Shown: positions 1-9,376 of the stretch, piece after piece
Layout of the letters: every line of letters begins with the position of its first letter
Position numbering within the stretch: position 1 is the stretch's first letter
Source: an uncultured Pseudomonadota bacterium
Lineage (GTDB): Bacteria; Myxococcota_A; UBA796; CAJQPC01
Length of the DNA: 64,000 bases
Reading direction: 5' to 3'
NCBI GenBank assembly: GCA_913060515.1
Contig: CAJXRZ010000019.1
Location: forward strand, 19,857 to 83,856
Notes under the pieces: model-generated
The model's database searches: none
The model's input: only the letters and a program-made list of their open reading frames with translations
Told to the model about the DNA's origin: nothing
Translations under genes and position numbers: made by a program

Positions 1-938
1 GGTGGAATGCGCACTTGCACCTGCACTCGGCCGTCATCCAGGTCGCTCTCGCTCAGGGCTGCGCCGGTCTTGGCGTTGACCGCTCGGCCCCCATGGCGCT
101 CGGCCAGGGCGGCGATTTGTCGCAGGCTGGTGCTGTCCTTGACCACCAAGCTGTAGGCCACCGCTGCGTTGAGCTGGGCTTCCAAGTCGATGGCTTGAGC
201 TTCGCCCGCATCGGGCTTCTCGGCGCCCGAGGTGCTGCCAACGGGTTCCTGGCTGCCCAAGTCCATCACGTCTGCGGTGCCCTTGGGGTCGACGCTCTTG
301 GAGTCGCTGCCCTTGAGGGCGCCGTCTTTGGCGTTGCCTCCAGTTGAGCTCTCCAAGCCGACGACGCCGTCGATGGCTTGGGTCTTGGAAACCGTGCCGC
401 TCCCCTCGCCCTCGTCGATCGGCCCCGTGATCAGGGTGTCGGCGACCTCCCGGAAGGGATCGAGCTCCTTCTCGGGACCCGGTGCGGCCTCTTTGGACTT
501 GACGGTGTCCTTCTTGTCTTGGGCGCCAGCTGCGGTGCTCAGTTCAGTCTCGGCGGGCTCCATGGTGGCCGGCTCGGTCTCGGGCTCATCGGAGTCCGGG
601 AGCAGACCGCCTACGAGAACCAGGACGATCGTCGCGGCCACGGCCATGGCCAAGGTCTCCATGGGCAGCTCACGGAAGAAGCTGCGCAGGCGATCCATCC
701 ACCCCACCTGGGGCATGGGCTCGACCGCTGCTTGGGCCATCACGCGCTCGTGAAAGCCAGTAGGAGCTTGAAGAGGACCCTCGGTGCGCAGGAGCTCCAG
801 CGCCGACTGTACGGTCTCCATCTCAGCCCGCAGGGCTGGATCCTTGGAGAGTTCAGCCTCGAACGAGGCCACCTGTGCAGGGCTTAGTTCCCCGTCCAGG
901 TAGTCGTTCAAGCGGGTTGTGGTCTCTTGCTCAGTCAT
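1..938 (-). CDS. Anti-sigma factor (runs off window start, 3' truncated)
   Basis: Not in ORF track (no stop in window). My translation from ATG 938: MTEQETTTRLNDYLDGELSPAQVASFEAELSKDPALRAEM (anti-sigma domain pattern without Zn ligands), then TM segment TLAMAVAATIVLVLVGGLL and an acidic linker; lies 9 bp downstream of the ECF sigma. Confidence 0.85.
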   Translation of the reverse strand, partial: MTEQETTTRLNDYLDGELSPAQVASFEAELSKDPALRAEMETVQSALELLRTEGPLQAPTGFHERVMAQAAVEPMPQVGWMDRLRSFFRELPMETLAMAVAATIVLVLVGGLLPDSDEPETEPATMEPAETELSTAAGAQDKKDTVKSKEAAPGPEKELDPFREVADTLITGPIDEGEGSGTVSKTQAIDGVVGLESSTGGNAKDGALKGSDSKSVDPKGTADVMDLGSQEPVGSTSGAEKPDAGEAQAIDLEAQLNAAVAYSLVVKDSTSLRQIAALAERHGGRAVNAKTGAALSESDLDDGRVQVQVRIP

Positions 939-947
939 GGCTCTCTC

Positions 948-1574
948 TCACACCACATCGGCTAGGTTTAGGCGTCGACCGAGCTTTCTTGCCAGCTCAT
1001 GTCGGGCCCGGTGCAGCCGGGACTTTACTGTTCCGCGGGGAAGGTCCAGCAGCTCGCTGATCTCCTCGTAGGACAAATCCTCGATGTCCCGCAGCACGAT
1101 GATCTGACGCTGTTCATCATCCAGCTGATCCAGGGCTTCCTGGAGCAAGGTCCGTGCCTCGCGCTGGTGCACCGAGGCGTCGGTGCCAGGTCCTCTCTCG
1201 TCTGCGAGCTGTCGTTTGGGTGCGTCGTCCTCCTGTTGAATGCCGTCGATTGACTCGTGGCGGCCGTGGGCGCGTCGGTGTCTGTAGGTCTGGCGGTTCT
1301 TGCAGTGGTTGATCGCAACCCGGTAGATCCAGGTGCTCAGCTGCGCGTCTCCGCGGAACCCGGGCAGCGCTCGGAACAGAGCCAGGAACACGTCCTGGGC
1401 CACCTCTTCTGCGATCTCGCGGTCGCCCTTGAGCCACCGCATGCACACGCTGAAGACGCGGTTCTGATAGCGCCGCACCAACTCCGAATATGCTTTCCGG
1501 TCACCTTCCTTGAAGCGCTGCACCAACTCCTCATCCGTCGGTCGATGGACCATGGCAAAGAGAAGGGCAATCAT
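948..1574 (-). CDS. ECF RNA polymerase sigma-70 factor (RpoE-like)
   Basis: Region 2 (AYSELVRRYQNRVF, EEVAQDVFL, FRGDAQLSTWIYRVAINHC) and region 4 (LSYEEISELLDLPRGTVKSRLHRAR). Confidence 0.95.
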   Translation of the reverse strand: MIALLFAMVHRPTDEELVQRFKEGDRKAYSELVRRYQNRVFSVCMRWLKGDREIAEEVAQDVFLALFRALPGFRGDAQLSTWIYRVAINHCKNRQTYRHRRAHGRHESIDGIQQEDDAPKRQLADERGPGTDASVHQREARTLLQEALDQLDDEQRQIIVLRDIEDLSYEEISELLDLPRGTVKSRLHRARHELARKLGRRLNLADVV

Positions 1575-1601
1575 GGGTGGGCGCGAGGCCTCCGATCAAG
1601 A

Positions 1602-1629
1602 CAGACCACAAGGCGGGTCTGGGGGTTCC
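1602..1629 (-). promoter_or_regulatory. Putative ECF (sigmaE-type) autoregulatory promoter GGAACCC-N16-GTCTG
   Basis: Minus strand reads GGAACCC, 16 nt, GTCTG, ending 28 bp upstream of the sigma ATG; matches sigmaE-type -35/-10 spacing. Confidence 0.6.
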
Positions 1630-1661
1630 GAGAAAGTGGAGCTTAACACCCCCCACAACGC

Positions 1662-1689
1662 AAAAGGGCCTGCCCGCAGGCAGACCCTT
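1662..1689 (-). terminator. Intrinsic terminator-like hairpin after pentapeptide gene
   Basis: Minus strand AAGGGTCTGCC-TGCG-GGCAGGCCCTT-TT, 11-bp stem with a short U tract. Confidence 0.55.
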
Positions 1690-1709
1690 CCGATCATCAC
1701 ACGGTGGGA

Positions 1710-2156
1710 CTACTCGAAGTCGAGCTCGTCCTGGGGCAGGCGGATGGCCTCGCCGGTGCGGATGCTGGACTCAATCTGGTCCAGAGACTCCCGTGGGTTC
1801 GGGAAGATGGTCTTCTTGATGCGGGCACCGCGGAAGCGGCAGCCGTCGATGTTGGCGCAGTCCAAGTCGGCGAAGTCCAAGACGGCCTCGTCCAGGACGG
1901 CGCCCTGAAGGTTGGCGTGCCACATGGAGGCACCCTCGAGACGGGCACCCTTGAAGGTGCAGCCGCTCAGGTCCGCGTCGGCGAGCTTGGTGAAGCTCAG
2001 GTCGCGGCCGTCGAAGTTCAGGCCAGTCAGGTCCGCACCACGGAGGTCTGCCTCTACCAGAGAGCGGCCCTTGCGGAGGGCGTCCATGACCTGCTTACGG
2101 GTCATACTGGTAGGCGCGAGATCGTCTTCGCGGCGTCTTGCTCGGGCGCTTCTCAT
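1710..2156 (-). CDS. Pentapeptide repeat protein
   Basis: Tandem A(D/N)LxxA-type repeats (ADLRGADLTG, ADADLSGC, ANLQGAVLDEA); start set to ATG 2156 because the longer ORF overlaps the upstream gene. Confidence 0.9.
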   Translation of the reverse strand: MRSARARRREDDLAPTSMTRKQVMDALRKGRSLVEADLRGADLTGLNFDGRDLSFTKLADADLSGCTFKGARLEGASMWHANLQGAVLDEAVLDFADLDCANIDGCRFRGARIKKTIFPNPRESLDQIESSIRTGEAIRLPQDELDFE

Positions 2157-2230
2157 TGTCGGCTCCGTGGATTCAGCGTTCAGCGTGCTGCAGCTCAGCT
2201 CAAACAAAACCAAGGGTGCGGCTGACGATT

Positions 2231-3211
2231 TCAGACATCGGCCGCGCTTGGACCGATCCGGCGTAACAGGGATTGCACAACGGGTGCCACAAGGTCTCTG
2301 TCTGGAGTGAAGCTCTGAGCCAAGTGCAAGCCCCCAGGATTCAGGGTGTTGACCTCGACCACCTTGTCGCCGATCACGTCGATGCCGGCCAACCAAACCC
2401 CAGCCTTGAGCAGGTGGGGGTTCAGGGCCTTGCACAAGGCCTGATCCTCGTCGCTTAGTACGATAGGGTGCGGCTTTGCGCCTTGCTTGAGGTTGTGGCG
2501 AAACTCGCCAGGCGCCCGCTCGCGGAGGTAGCCGCCGAGCAATTCACCATCCAGCCAGACCAAGCGCTTCTCGCCGTGATCGGCCTCCGGAAGGTAGGCC
2601 TGAATCACCGCATATCGGTCGCCAACTTTTTGTACTTCGTCAAGAGCTCGGTCCAAGTCTTGGTGGCGCCGATGGGACACTCGGTGGATGTTTTTCCCTC
2701 CGCTGGCACGCGCAGGCTTGACGACGACCCCCTCTGGATACTCCATGGCGAAGGCATGCGCGGTGCCCCTTGCGCGGGTGACAAGGGTCGGCGGTTTTGG
2801 CACATCAGGGAGGCTGGCCAGCCAACCCTTGTGTGAGGTCATCAGCAGCGCTTCGGGGGGGTTGAGCACCGGCACCCCTGCAGACTGGGCCCGCAGGCAC
2901 CAGGTCAGCACGGCGTTGTCCATGGGGTTGATGCGAATCAGCATCAGGTCCAAGGAGGAGAGGGCCACAAAGCAACGGCGTGCGCGACGGGTCTGCAGCA
3001 GCGTGCAGACCTCGGCTCGGGACCAGCCCCTGTTGCGGGGGTCGAGGGCGTAGGCGCGTGCGACCAGCGCTCCCTTGGCATCGACCTCGAAGTCCCAGGG
3101 CTCGATCAGACGAACCCCCACACCCGAGGCCAGCAAGCCCACGATGATGTGGGCCGTGGTCCAGGTGACCTCGATGTTCGAGGCGCGGGTGATGGCGATG
3201 CCGATTCGCAA
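2231..3211 (-). CDS. gshB: Glutathione synthetase-like ATP-grasp ligase
   Basis: VVKP..ASGG, IQAYLPEADHGEKRL, EFRHNLKQG, GIDVIG..VVEVNTLNPGG match GshB ATP-grasp motifs. Confidence 0.75.
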   Translation of the reverse strand: MRIGIAITRASNIEVTWTTAHIIVGLLASGVGVRLIEPWDFEVDAKGALVARAYALDPRNRGWSRAEVCTLLQTRRARRCFVALSSLDLMLIRINPMDNAVLTWCLRAQSAGVPVLNPPEALLMTSHKGWLASLPDVPKPPTLVTRARGTAHAFAMEYPEGVVVKPARASGGKNIHRVSHRRHQDLDRALDEVQKVGDRYAVIQAYLPEADHGEKRLVWLDGELLGGYLRERAPGEFRHNLKQGAKPHPIVLSDEDQALCKALNPHLLKAGVWLAGIDVIGDKVVEVNTLNPGGLHLAQSFTPDRDLVAPVVQSLLRRIGPSAADV

Positions 3212-3294
3212 GGCTTTGCGCCTAACCCAAATACGGGACGACCGAATCCGGGGCGACCCGAATCTGCGGCGACCCGGTGCTACCCTTGGAGTCT

Positions 3295-4779
3295 ATGAAG
3301 TCACTCCTTGGCCGCATTCGCCTGCTCGTCCGCTCACGCAGCCCACTGATCGCCTTGATCACCTGGGAGGAGGAGCGCTTGGAGCGTCACGTCGGCCGAA
3401 TGGCACGGGACGAGGAGCTGGCCGTCTATTGCTGGCGGCAGACCACAGGTCTCACGGTGAGCGGGACCCCAATTCCCGAGACGCAGGGTCTCTATGAGGC
3501 GCTACAGCACATCGCTGTGAGTCTCCCAGAGTCCGCCGTCTTCCTGCTCTTCGACGCTCAGGAGGAGCTAAAGAAGTCCAAGGTGGTTCGCGCCTTGCGT
3601 GACGTGGAACCTGTGTTGGGCGCGCGGACCCAAGCCTTGGTCTTTGTCTGCCCCACCCTGAGCGTGCCCCGGGAGTTGGAGAAGGACCTGATGGTCATGG
3701 ACGTGCCCCTGCCCGATCGCGGCGAGGTTTCACGTCTGCTGCGGGTCATGCTGCGTCAACAGACGCTGGAGCTGGACCCTGTGCGTTTCGAGCGCTTCGT
3801 GCAGTCCAGCCTGGGCCTGACCGAGAAGGAGATCAAGCGCAGCTATGCCCGCATCCTCCTGGCGGGCCAGGGCTTCGACGACACTGCGCTCTTGGAGATG
3901 GGCCGTGCCAAGCGCCAGGCGATCCGGCGCTCCCGCCACCTGGAGTTCTTTGAACAGGTCGAGGACATGAGCGGGGTGGGCGGCCTCTCCCAGCTCAAAG
4001 AGTGGCTCGATCGGCGGGGCAAGGCCTTTGGGCAGGACGCTCGGGACTTTGGGCTGCCGGAGCCCAAGGGGGTCTTTCTCCTGGGGGTCCAAGGTTGTGG
4101 CAAGTCCCTGACGGCCAAGGCCGTGGCCGGCAGCTTCCAGATCCCGCTGCTTCGGCTGGACGTGAGCGCGCTCTTTCAAGGAGGCGGGCCCGTCGAAGAG
4201 TCGCTTCGGGACACCATCCGAATTGCAGAGTCCATCGCGCCAGCGGTGCTCTGGATCGACGAGCTGGAGAAGGGATTCTCAGGAGGGACCGGTGGCGCTG
4301 CCTTTGGTGCTTTCCTGACCTGGCTGCAGGAGAAGACGGCCCCCGTCTTTGTGGTGGCGACCGCCAACGAGGTCAGAGGACTGCCTCCGGAGCTCCTGCG
4401 AAAGGGACGGTTTGACGAGATCTTTTTCGTAGATTTGCCGAGCGTGCACGAGCGCCTGAGCATCTTGGAGATTCACCTGCGCCGCCGGCAGCGCAACCCC
4501 GAGGACTTTGACCTGTACCAAGCCGCTGAGGAGACGGAGAAGTACTCCGGCGCTGAGCTGGAGCAGGTCATCATCGAGGCGATGTTCAACGCGTTCGCCG
4601 AAGGGCGCGAGCTGAGCAACCGCGACTTGACCCGGGTGATCCGGGACACGGTGCCCCTTGCGGTCACCATGGATGACCGACTCAAGGAGCTGCGGGAGTG
4701 GGCGGGACCCCGCACACGACCCGCCTCTCAGGATCGTCGCCGCATCGACTACTTCGCAGACTTTCGGGAGGTTGAGTGA
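3295..4779 (+). CDS. AAA+ ATPase, Ycf46-like
   Basis: Walker A GVQGCGKS, Walker [36 protein letters not shown]; N-terminal [16 protein letters not shown]; ATG 3295 with GGAG RBS. Confidence 0.88.
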   Translation: MKSLLGRIRLLVRSRSPLIALITWEEERLERHVGRMARDEELAVYCWRQTTGLTVSGTPIPETQGLYEALQHIAVSLPESAVFLLFDAQEELKKSKVVRALRDVEPVLGARTQALVFVCPTLSVPRELEKDLMVMDVPLPDRGEVSRLLRVMLRQQTLELDPVRFERFVQSSLGLTEKEIKRSYARILLAGQGFDDTALLEMGRAKRQAIRRSRHLEFFEQVEDMSGVGGLSQLKEWLDRRGKAFGQDARDFGLPEPKGVFLLGVQGCGKSLTAKAVAGSFQIPLLRLDVSALFQGGGPVEESLRDTIRIAESIAPAVLWIDELEKGFSGGTGGAAFGAFLTWLQEKTAPVFVVATANEVRGLPPELLRKGRFDEIFFVDLPSVHERLSILEIHLRRRQRNPEDFDLYQAAEETEKYSGAELEQVIIEAMFNAFAEGRELSNRDLTRVIRDTVPLAVTMDDRLKELREWAGPRTRPASQDRRRIDYFADFREVE

Positions 4780-5771
4780 ACACAGCAGTCTTGGGCGCAG
4801 GCTCTTTTGGTACCGCGCTGGCCATGCAGCTCGCCCGTTGTGGGCACCGCGTGCGTCTCTGGGAGCGCAGCCCCGCGCGTGCTCAGGTCATCGAGGAGTC
4901 CCGCGTCAATGAGCGCTACCTGCCCGGTCACCGCTTGGACCCTGCCGTCACGGTAGGCAGCGATGTGGACTGGGTGCTGGAAGGGGCGGAGCTGGCGGTG
5001 TTGGCGATTCCCAGCCAAGCTTTGCGCGCTGCGCTCACGAATCTCCGGCCGCACCTGCCCAATGACACCATCCTCTGCTGTGCTGCCAAGGGCGTGGAGG
5101 AAGGAAGTCTGCTCACCATGGACGAGGTGATGTCGCAGGTGATGGAGAGCCATCGGCGCCAGTGCGTGATCAGTGGCCCCAGCTTCGCCGCCGAGGTCGC
5201 CCGCGGTGAGCCCACCGCTGTGGTGGTCGCAGGCCAGGACCCCCAAGCCACCAAGCGCGTGGCCGAGGCGTTCCATGGCAGCTCCTTTCGGGTCTACCAC
5301 TCTGACGATGTAGTCGGCGTGGAGATCGGCGGCGCGATCAAGAACGTCATGGCCATCGCCTGCGGCATGGCCGACGGCATGGGCTTGGGCCTGAACGCCC
5401 GAGCGGCCATCATCACCCGTGGCCTGGCCGAGATCACCCGATTGGGCGTCGCCAAGGGCGCCAACCCTCTGACCTTCTCCGGCCTGGCCGGAATGGGGGA
5501 CTTGGTGTTGACCTGCACCGGCAACCTCTCGCGAAACAGGCGCGTGGGCTTGGCCTTGGGGAAGGGCAAGACCTTGGACGAGATCTTGGAGGAGCTGGGT
5601 CAAGTAGCGGAGGGTGTGGTCACCACGCGCTCTGCGCGCGACTTGGGCCACAAGCTGGGGGTCGAGCTGCCCATCACCGAGCAGGTCTACGGCATCCTCT
5701 ACGAGAACAAGGACCCCAAGCAGGCGATGGCCGCGCTCATGGGCCGCGCGCAGAAGCATGAACGGGCTTAG
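4776..5771 (+). CDS. gpsA: NAD(P)H-dependent glycerol-3-phosphate dehydrogenase
   Basis: GAGSFGTALA Rossmann motif, ISGPSFAAEV, GVEIGGAIKNV, GLAGMGDLVLTC..SRN; GTGA overlap with upstream gene. Confidence 0.97.
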   Translation: MNTAVLGAGSFGTALAMQLARCGHRVRLWERSPARAQVIEESRVNERYLPGHRLDPAVTVGSDVDWVLEGAELAVLAIPSQALRAALTNLRPHLPNDTILCCAAKGVEEGSLLTMDEVMSQVMESHRRQCVISGPSFAAEVARGEPTAVVVAGQDPQATKRVAEAFHGSSFRVYHSDDVVGVEIGGAIKNVMAIACGMADGMGLGLNARAAIITRGLAEITRLGVAKGANPLTFSGLAGMGDLVLTCTGNLSRNRRVGLALGKGKTLDEILEELGQVAEGVVTTRSARDLGHKLGVELPITEQVYGILYENKDPKQAMAALMGRAQKHERA

Positions 5772-5798
5772 GGGCAGAGTGAGCCAAAGGAAGACCCT

Positions 5799-6647
5799 GT
5801 GAAGAGCGAGCGCACCCTGCGTGAGGAGATGATTCGCTTCTCCCACCTCTGCTATGAGCGGCACCTGTTGGTGGCGATGGACGGCAACCTGTCCTGCGTG
5901 CTGCCCAACGGTGACATCCTCTGCACCCAGGCCGGTTGCCACAAGGGGCTGCTCACCGACGAGCACCTGGTGGTCATCGATCGGCAGGGCAAGAAGCTGC
6001 GCGGCCGCGGCAACCCGACCTCTGAGATGGCCATGCACTTGGCCTGCTACCAGGAGCGCCCGGACTGCAAGGCCATCGTGCATGCCCATCCACCGCTGGC
6101 CATCGCCTTCACCATCGCGGACCAGTCCCTGGCCCAGTGTGTGCTCCCCGAAGTGGTCCTGACTCTGGGGACGGTGCCCACGGTGGCCTACGAGACCACC
6201 GGCACCAAGGGCTTGGCAGATGCCTTGCGGCCCTATGTACGCAACCACGACGCGGTGTTGATGGACCGACACGGCGCGGTGACCTTGGGGACCTCGCTCT
6301 TGGACGCCTTCTGCAAGCTGGAGACCCTAGAGCACACGGCCAAGATCACGGCCACAGCGCGCTCTCTGGGGGGGATCAAGACCCTCCCCCCCGACGAGGC
6401 CGTCGCCCTTCGCTCCATGGGCCTGAAGCGCTATGGCGGCCCACCCAGCGCCGTGGCCAAGGCGGACTCGCCCGGCGCGGATCTGCCCCAGGCGTGTTTG
6501 ATCTGTGATGGCTGCAGTGACCCGAGTCACATGGGCCTGGCCGCCCCAACGGGGGTCAGCGCCGTCCGCGTGAAGGGCCCTGGCTTGGACCAAGTGCGCA
6601 AGGTCGTGATGGAAGAGGTGCTCGCGGCCTTGAAGGGGGAGGCATGA
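5799..6647 (+). CDS. Class II aldolase/adducin family protein with C-terminal extension
   Basis: DGNLS, PTSEMAMHLACY, AIVHAHPP, LMDRHGAVTLG metal-binding motifs. Confidence 0.9.
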   Translation: MKSERTLREEMIRFSHLCYERHLLVAMDGNLSCVLPNGDILCTQAGCHKGLLTDEHLVVIDRQGKKLRGRGNPTSEMAMHLACYQERPDCKAIVHAHPPLAIAFTIADQSLAQCVLPEVVLTLGTVPTVAYETTGTKGLADALRPYVRNHDAVLMDRHGAVTLGTSLLDAFCKLETLEHTAKITATARSLGGIKTLPPDEAVALRSMGLKRYGGPPSAVAKADSPGADLPQACLICDGCSDPSHMGLAAPTGVSAVRVKGPGLDQVRKVVMEEVLAALKGEA

Positions 6648-7060
6648 TTCTAGCTCTGCTGACCGCATGCGCGGGCCTGACGGTCAATGACGTGACCACC
6701 GGGGAGTCCGAGGCCTACCCCGAGCTCAAGTCCATGTACTTCCACGAGGCGCCCCAAGCGGTGTTCTCCAGGGCCGAGACGGTGGCCTTGACCATGCCGG
6801 GCTGGCAGAACTGCAGCACCCCGGAGCCCTTTGTGCTGGCCTGCGAGGCGGTCACACCCAAGATGGGCTTTGTGGATGACGTCACCATCTGGGCTGTTCC
6901 TGCCGGCCCGGGCATGACGCAGCTCAAGATGCGAAGTGCTAGCCGCAAGGGCAAAGGCGACTTGGGAGCCAACGCCAAGCGCATTCGCGCCTACCAGGAG
7001 GCCCTGATCGCCTACAAGCCCGCGGCCCCCGCGGACGTGATTCCAGAGCAAGCCCAGTAG
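6644..7060 (+). CDS. Lipoprotein, DUF1499-like
   Basis: MILALLTAC lipobox; TPKMGFVDDVTI, MRSASRKGKGDLGANAKRIRAY. Confidence 0.8.
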   Translation: MILALLTACAGLTVNDVTTGESEAYPELKSMYFHEAPQAVFSRAETVALTMPGWQNCSTPEPFVLACEAVTPKMGFVDDVTIWAVPAGPGMTQLKMRSASRKGKGDLGANAKRIRAYQEALIAYKPAAPADVIPEQAQ

Positions 7061-7110
7061 GCAAGCTCAGTAGCCAAGCCCAGTAGGCGAGCCCAATAAG
7101 CAAGCTCAGA
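7048..7110. repeat. 13-bp tandem repeat, about 4.8 copies (GCAAGCYCAGTAG)
   Basis: gcaagcccagtag/gcaagctcagtag/ccaagcccagtag/gcgagcccaataa/gcaagctcaga between convergent genes. Confidence 0.85.
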
Positions 7111-7115
7111 GGGTG

Positions 7116-7859
7116 CTACTGCGGCAGGTCGCGGCTGATACGCGTCATCACAAGCTCGCCTTCGACCGCAGCAAATCCGGCCAGGTCGCCGTCAAAGCTA
7201 GCGCTCAGCTCGCCGTCTTCGGAGACTTGCCCGTCCAAGGCCAGTGGCACCTCAAAGCCAAAGAGGTCCAGGGCGATGTCGCCTTCGAGGTCTCCGGCGT
7301 CGTTCTCAGCACCGATGAGGTACTCCCCGTCGATGTCGATGCCTTGGATACTCAGGAAGCAGTTTGCGGAGCCATCAACCACCTCGCCTGTGGCGTCGAT
7401 GGTCAGGGTCGCGGCGCCCGAGCAGGCCGTGGAGAGTTGATCCGTGATCAGGTCCACCACCACGTTCCCGGTGTAGATGCCGGCATAGGCGCTCTGCACG
7501 AGCACGCCGCCGACAGTGTAGGAGACGCGGTCTCCGTTGGGCAGCAGGGCCTTGGCCTTCAGATCGTGAACGCCGATGGGGAGGGTGTCCTCGAACTCTG
7601 AACCGGTGGGGTTCCAGTCGCTGGCCACGCTGCTCTTCCAGGTGATCTCGTCGAAGTCGAGGACCTCTCCTTCGGCGTTCTCGAGGTGGGCCTTGAAGGT
7701 GGTCCCATCTTCGAGGGACACAAAGCTGGCGGACACCGGTGAGGTGATGACGAGCTCGGCTTGGCTCCAGTCAACCTCGACCTCTTCGATCTCTTCCGCT
7801 GTCTCGCTCTCGAGCACAAGGTAGTCGTTGCCACAAGCGAGTAGGGCGAGGATGAGCAT
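7116..7859 (-). CDS. Acidic lipoprotein of unknown function
   Basis: MLILALLAC lipobox, GGAGA RBS, beta-rich mature part, coding-like codon usage. Confidence 0.8.
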   Translation of the reverse strand: MLILALLACGNDYLVLESETAEEIEEVEVDWSQAELVITSPVSASFVSLEDGTTFKAHLENAEGEVLDFDEITWKSSVASDWNPTGSEFEDTLPIGVHDLKAKALLPNGDRVSYTVGGVLVQSAYAGIYTGNVVVDLITDQLSTACSGAATLTIDATGEVVDGSANCFLSIQGIDIDGEYLIGAENDAGDLEGDIALDLFGFEVPLALDGQVSEDGELSASFDGDLAGFAAVEGELVMTRISRDLPQ

Positions 7860-7899
7860 AGGGTCTCCGTGGCGCGTAGAAGGGCCGGGGCCATTGTAG

Positions 7900-9324
7900 T
7901 CAGTCTAGTGGGGCCTTGGCGAGCACTCGGGCCATCTCTTGAAGCGGCAGCGGACCTTGGGCCAGGGCGAGTGATGGCACCGGGCCGCTGGACTCCCGGT
8001 TGCTCTGAACCAGTGCCAAGTCCGCGGGGGCCCAGAGGGGCGGCGGCCATTGCTCCAGGACATGCAGGGTCTTGCAGCGAAGTGTGTCCGCGACCTCTGC
8101 GCTGCGATGAGGACCGCAGTGCTGCACGGCGATTCGGGCCGCGTGGAGCAGCTCGCCGGAGTGCATGCGCGGAGCCGGCAGCTCGGCGGGCAGACGCAGG
8201 CGCACCTGTACGCCTTGTGGGCCGGCCTCTGCTTGCAGCTCACCCCGCAGTCGGGTCACCAGCTCCCGCCCGAAGGCCAAGCCGAGCTGGGTGCGGGCCA
8301 ACTCCACGCTGTCCTCGTCTGGACCAACAGGGGCGGAGTCGTGCAGGTGGAGCTCCACCCAGGGCTCCTGCAGAGCGCATCGAATGGTCAGTTTGCGTTC
8401 CAGAGACCGGACCGGGCGCTTGAGGAAGCCGGCCAGGAGACTGGAGAGCAGGCTGGCCAGCCGGGCGGGGCTGGCGTGAACCGGAGGGGCGCGCTCGATC
8501 TCCACCTCTACATGAAGGATCTCCAGGTCCTTTCGGGCCAAGCCCAGTACCCGTTGCAGGAGGCGGCGGAGGTCCAAATCCCGCTCGGCCTGGTCGGTTG
8601 GGCCGAAGGACTTCAGATCGTTGACCAGGTTGTTGATCCGGGCCATGCCCTCTTGGCATTCGTTGATCAGCTCGTTGAGCTCGTCCAGTCCCTGGGGCCA
8701 GTTGGCCTGGCGCTTGTATGCCTGGAGTTGAGCCGGGTTGCCGTGCAGCAGGGCCAGATCGACGCCGTAGGTCAGCAGAGGCTGCAGGTCCTGGATGCAG
8801 GCGCGGGTCTCCTCCAGGTTGGCCATCACGAAGGTCGCGGGGTTGAGGATCTCGTGGGCCAGGCCCCAGGACAAGCGACCGATCAGCTCAAGCCTCTCCT
8901 GCTCCAAGGCTTGGGCGTGACTGAGCGCCAACAGGCCAGGGGCGATGCGGTTCTCATTGGGATTCGTTTGCGTTGGATGCGAATCCGCGGACGGTGACGC
9001 CTCAGATTTGGCCTCTGCAAACTGAGCCTGAGCCGCCAGACAGGCAGGCCAAGCCAACGCCGTTGGCACCACGTCCACGGCGCCTGCGCGCATGCAGGAG
9101 ACCGCTTGGGCCACGGTGAGGCGCTCTCCGCAGACGACAACGGGCAGGGTACTGGCGGCCAAGAGCTGGGGGAGCTCGGGTGCGCTGTGGTGAACCAAGA
9201 CACAGTCTGCGTGGGGCAGAGCGGCCAGCAACTCACCCAGGGAGTCGCTGCGACTGAGTGAACCCTGGCCCGACCATCTCGCTGGGGCCACGCGCGGTGC
9301 ACAGAGCTCAATCAGGTGCATCAC
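7900..9324 (-). CDS. Degenerate hybrid kinase (pseudo-receiver + HisKA + degenerate ATPase domain)
   Basis: H-box GLAHEILNP intact; N-terminal receiver-like AVSCMRAGAVDVV; N/G boxes degenerate. Confidence 0.7.
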   Translation of the reverse strand: MMHLIELCAPRVAPARWSGQGSLSRSDSLGELLAALPHADCVLVHHSAPELPQLLAASTLPVVVCGERLTVAQAVSCMRAGAVDVVPTALAWPACLAAQAQFAEAKSEASPSADSHPTQTNPNENRIAPGLLALSHAQALEQERLELIGRLSWGLAHEILNPATFVMANLEETRACIQDLQPLLTYGVDLALLHGNPAQLQAYKRQANWPQGLDELNELINECQEGMARINNLVNDLKSFGPTDQAERDLDLRRLLQRVLGLARKDLEILHVEVEIERAPPVHASPARLASLLSSLLAGFLKRPVRSLERKLTIRCALQEPWVELHLHDSAPVGPDEDSVELARTQLGLAFGRELVTRLRGELQAEAGPQGVQVRLRLPAELPAPRMHSGELLHAARIAVQHCGPHRSAEVADTLRCKTLHVLEQWPPPLWAPADLALVQSNRESSGPVPSLALAQGPLPLQEMARVLAKAPLD

Positions 9325-9376
9325 CGCCTCCGTCGGCAGCGATGTTATCAGCCAGGGGCAGCATTCGGAGCGTGAG

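Noticed and set aside
7048-7110. CRISPR array
   Set aside because: Units are 13 bp, contiguous, without spacers; no cas genes in the window
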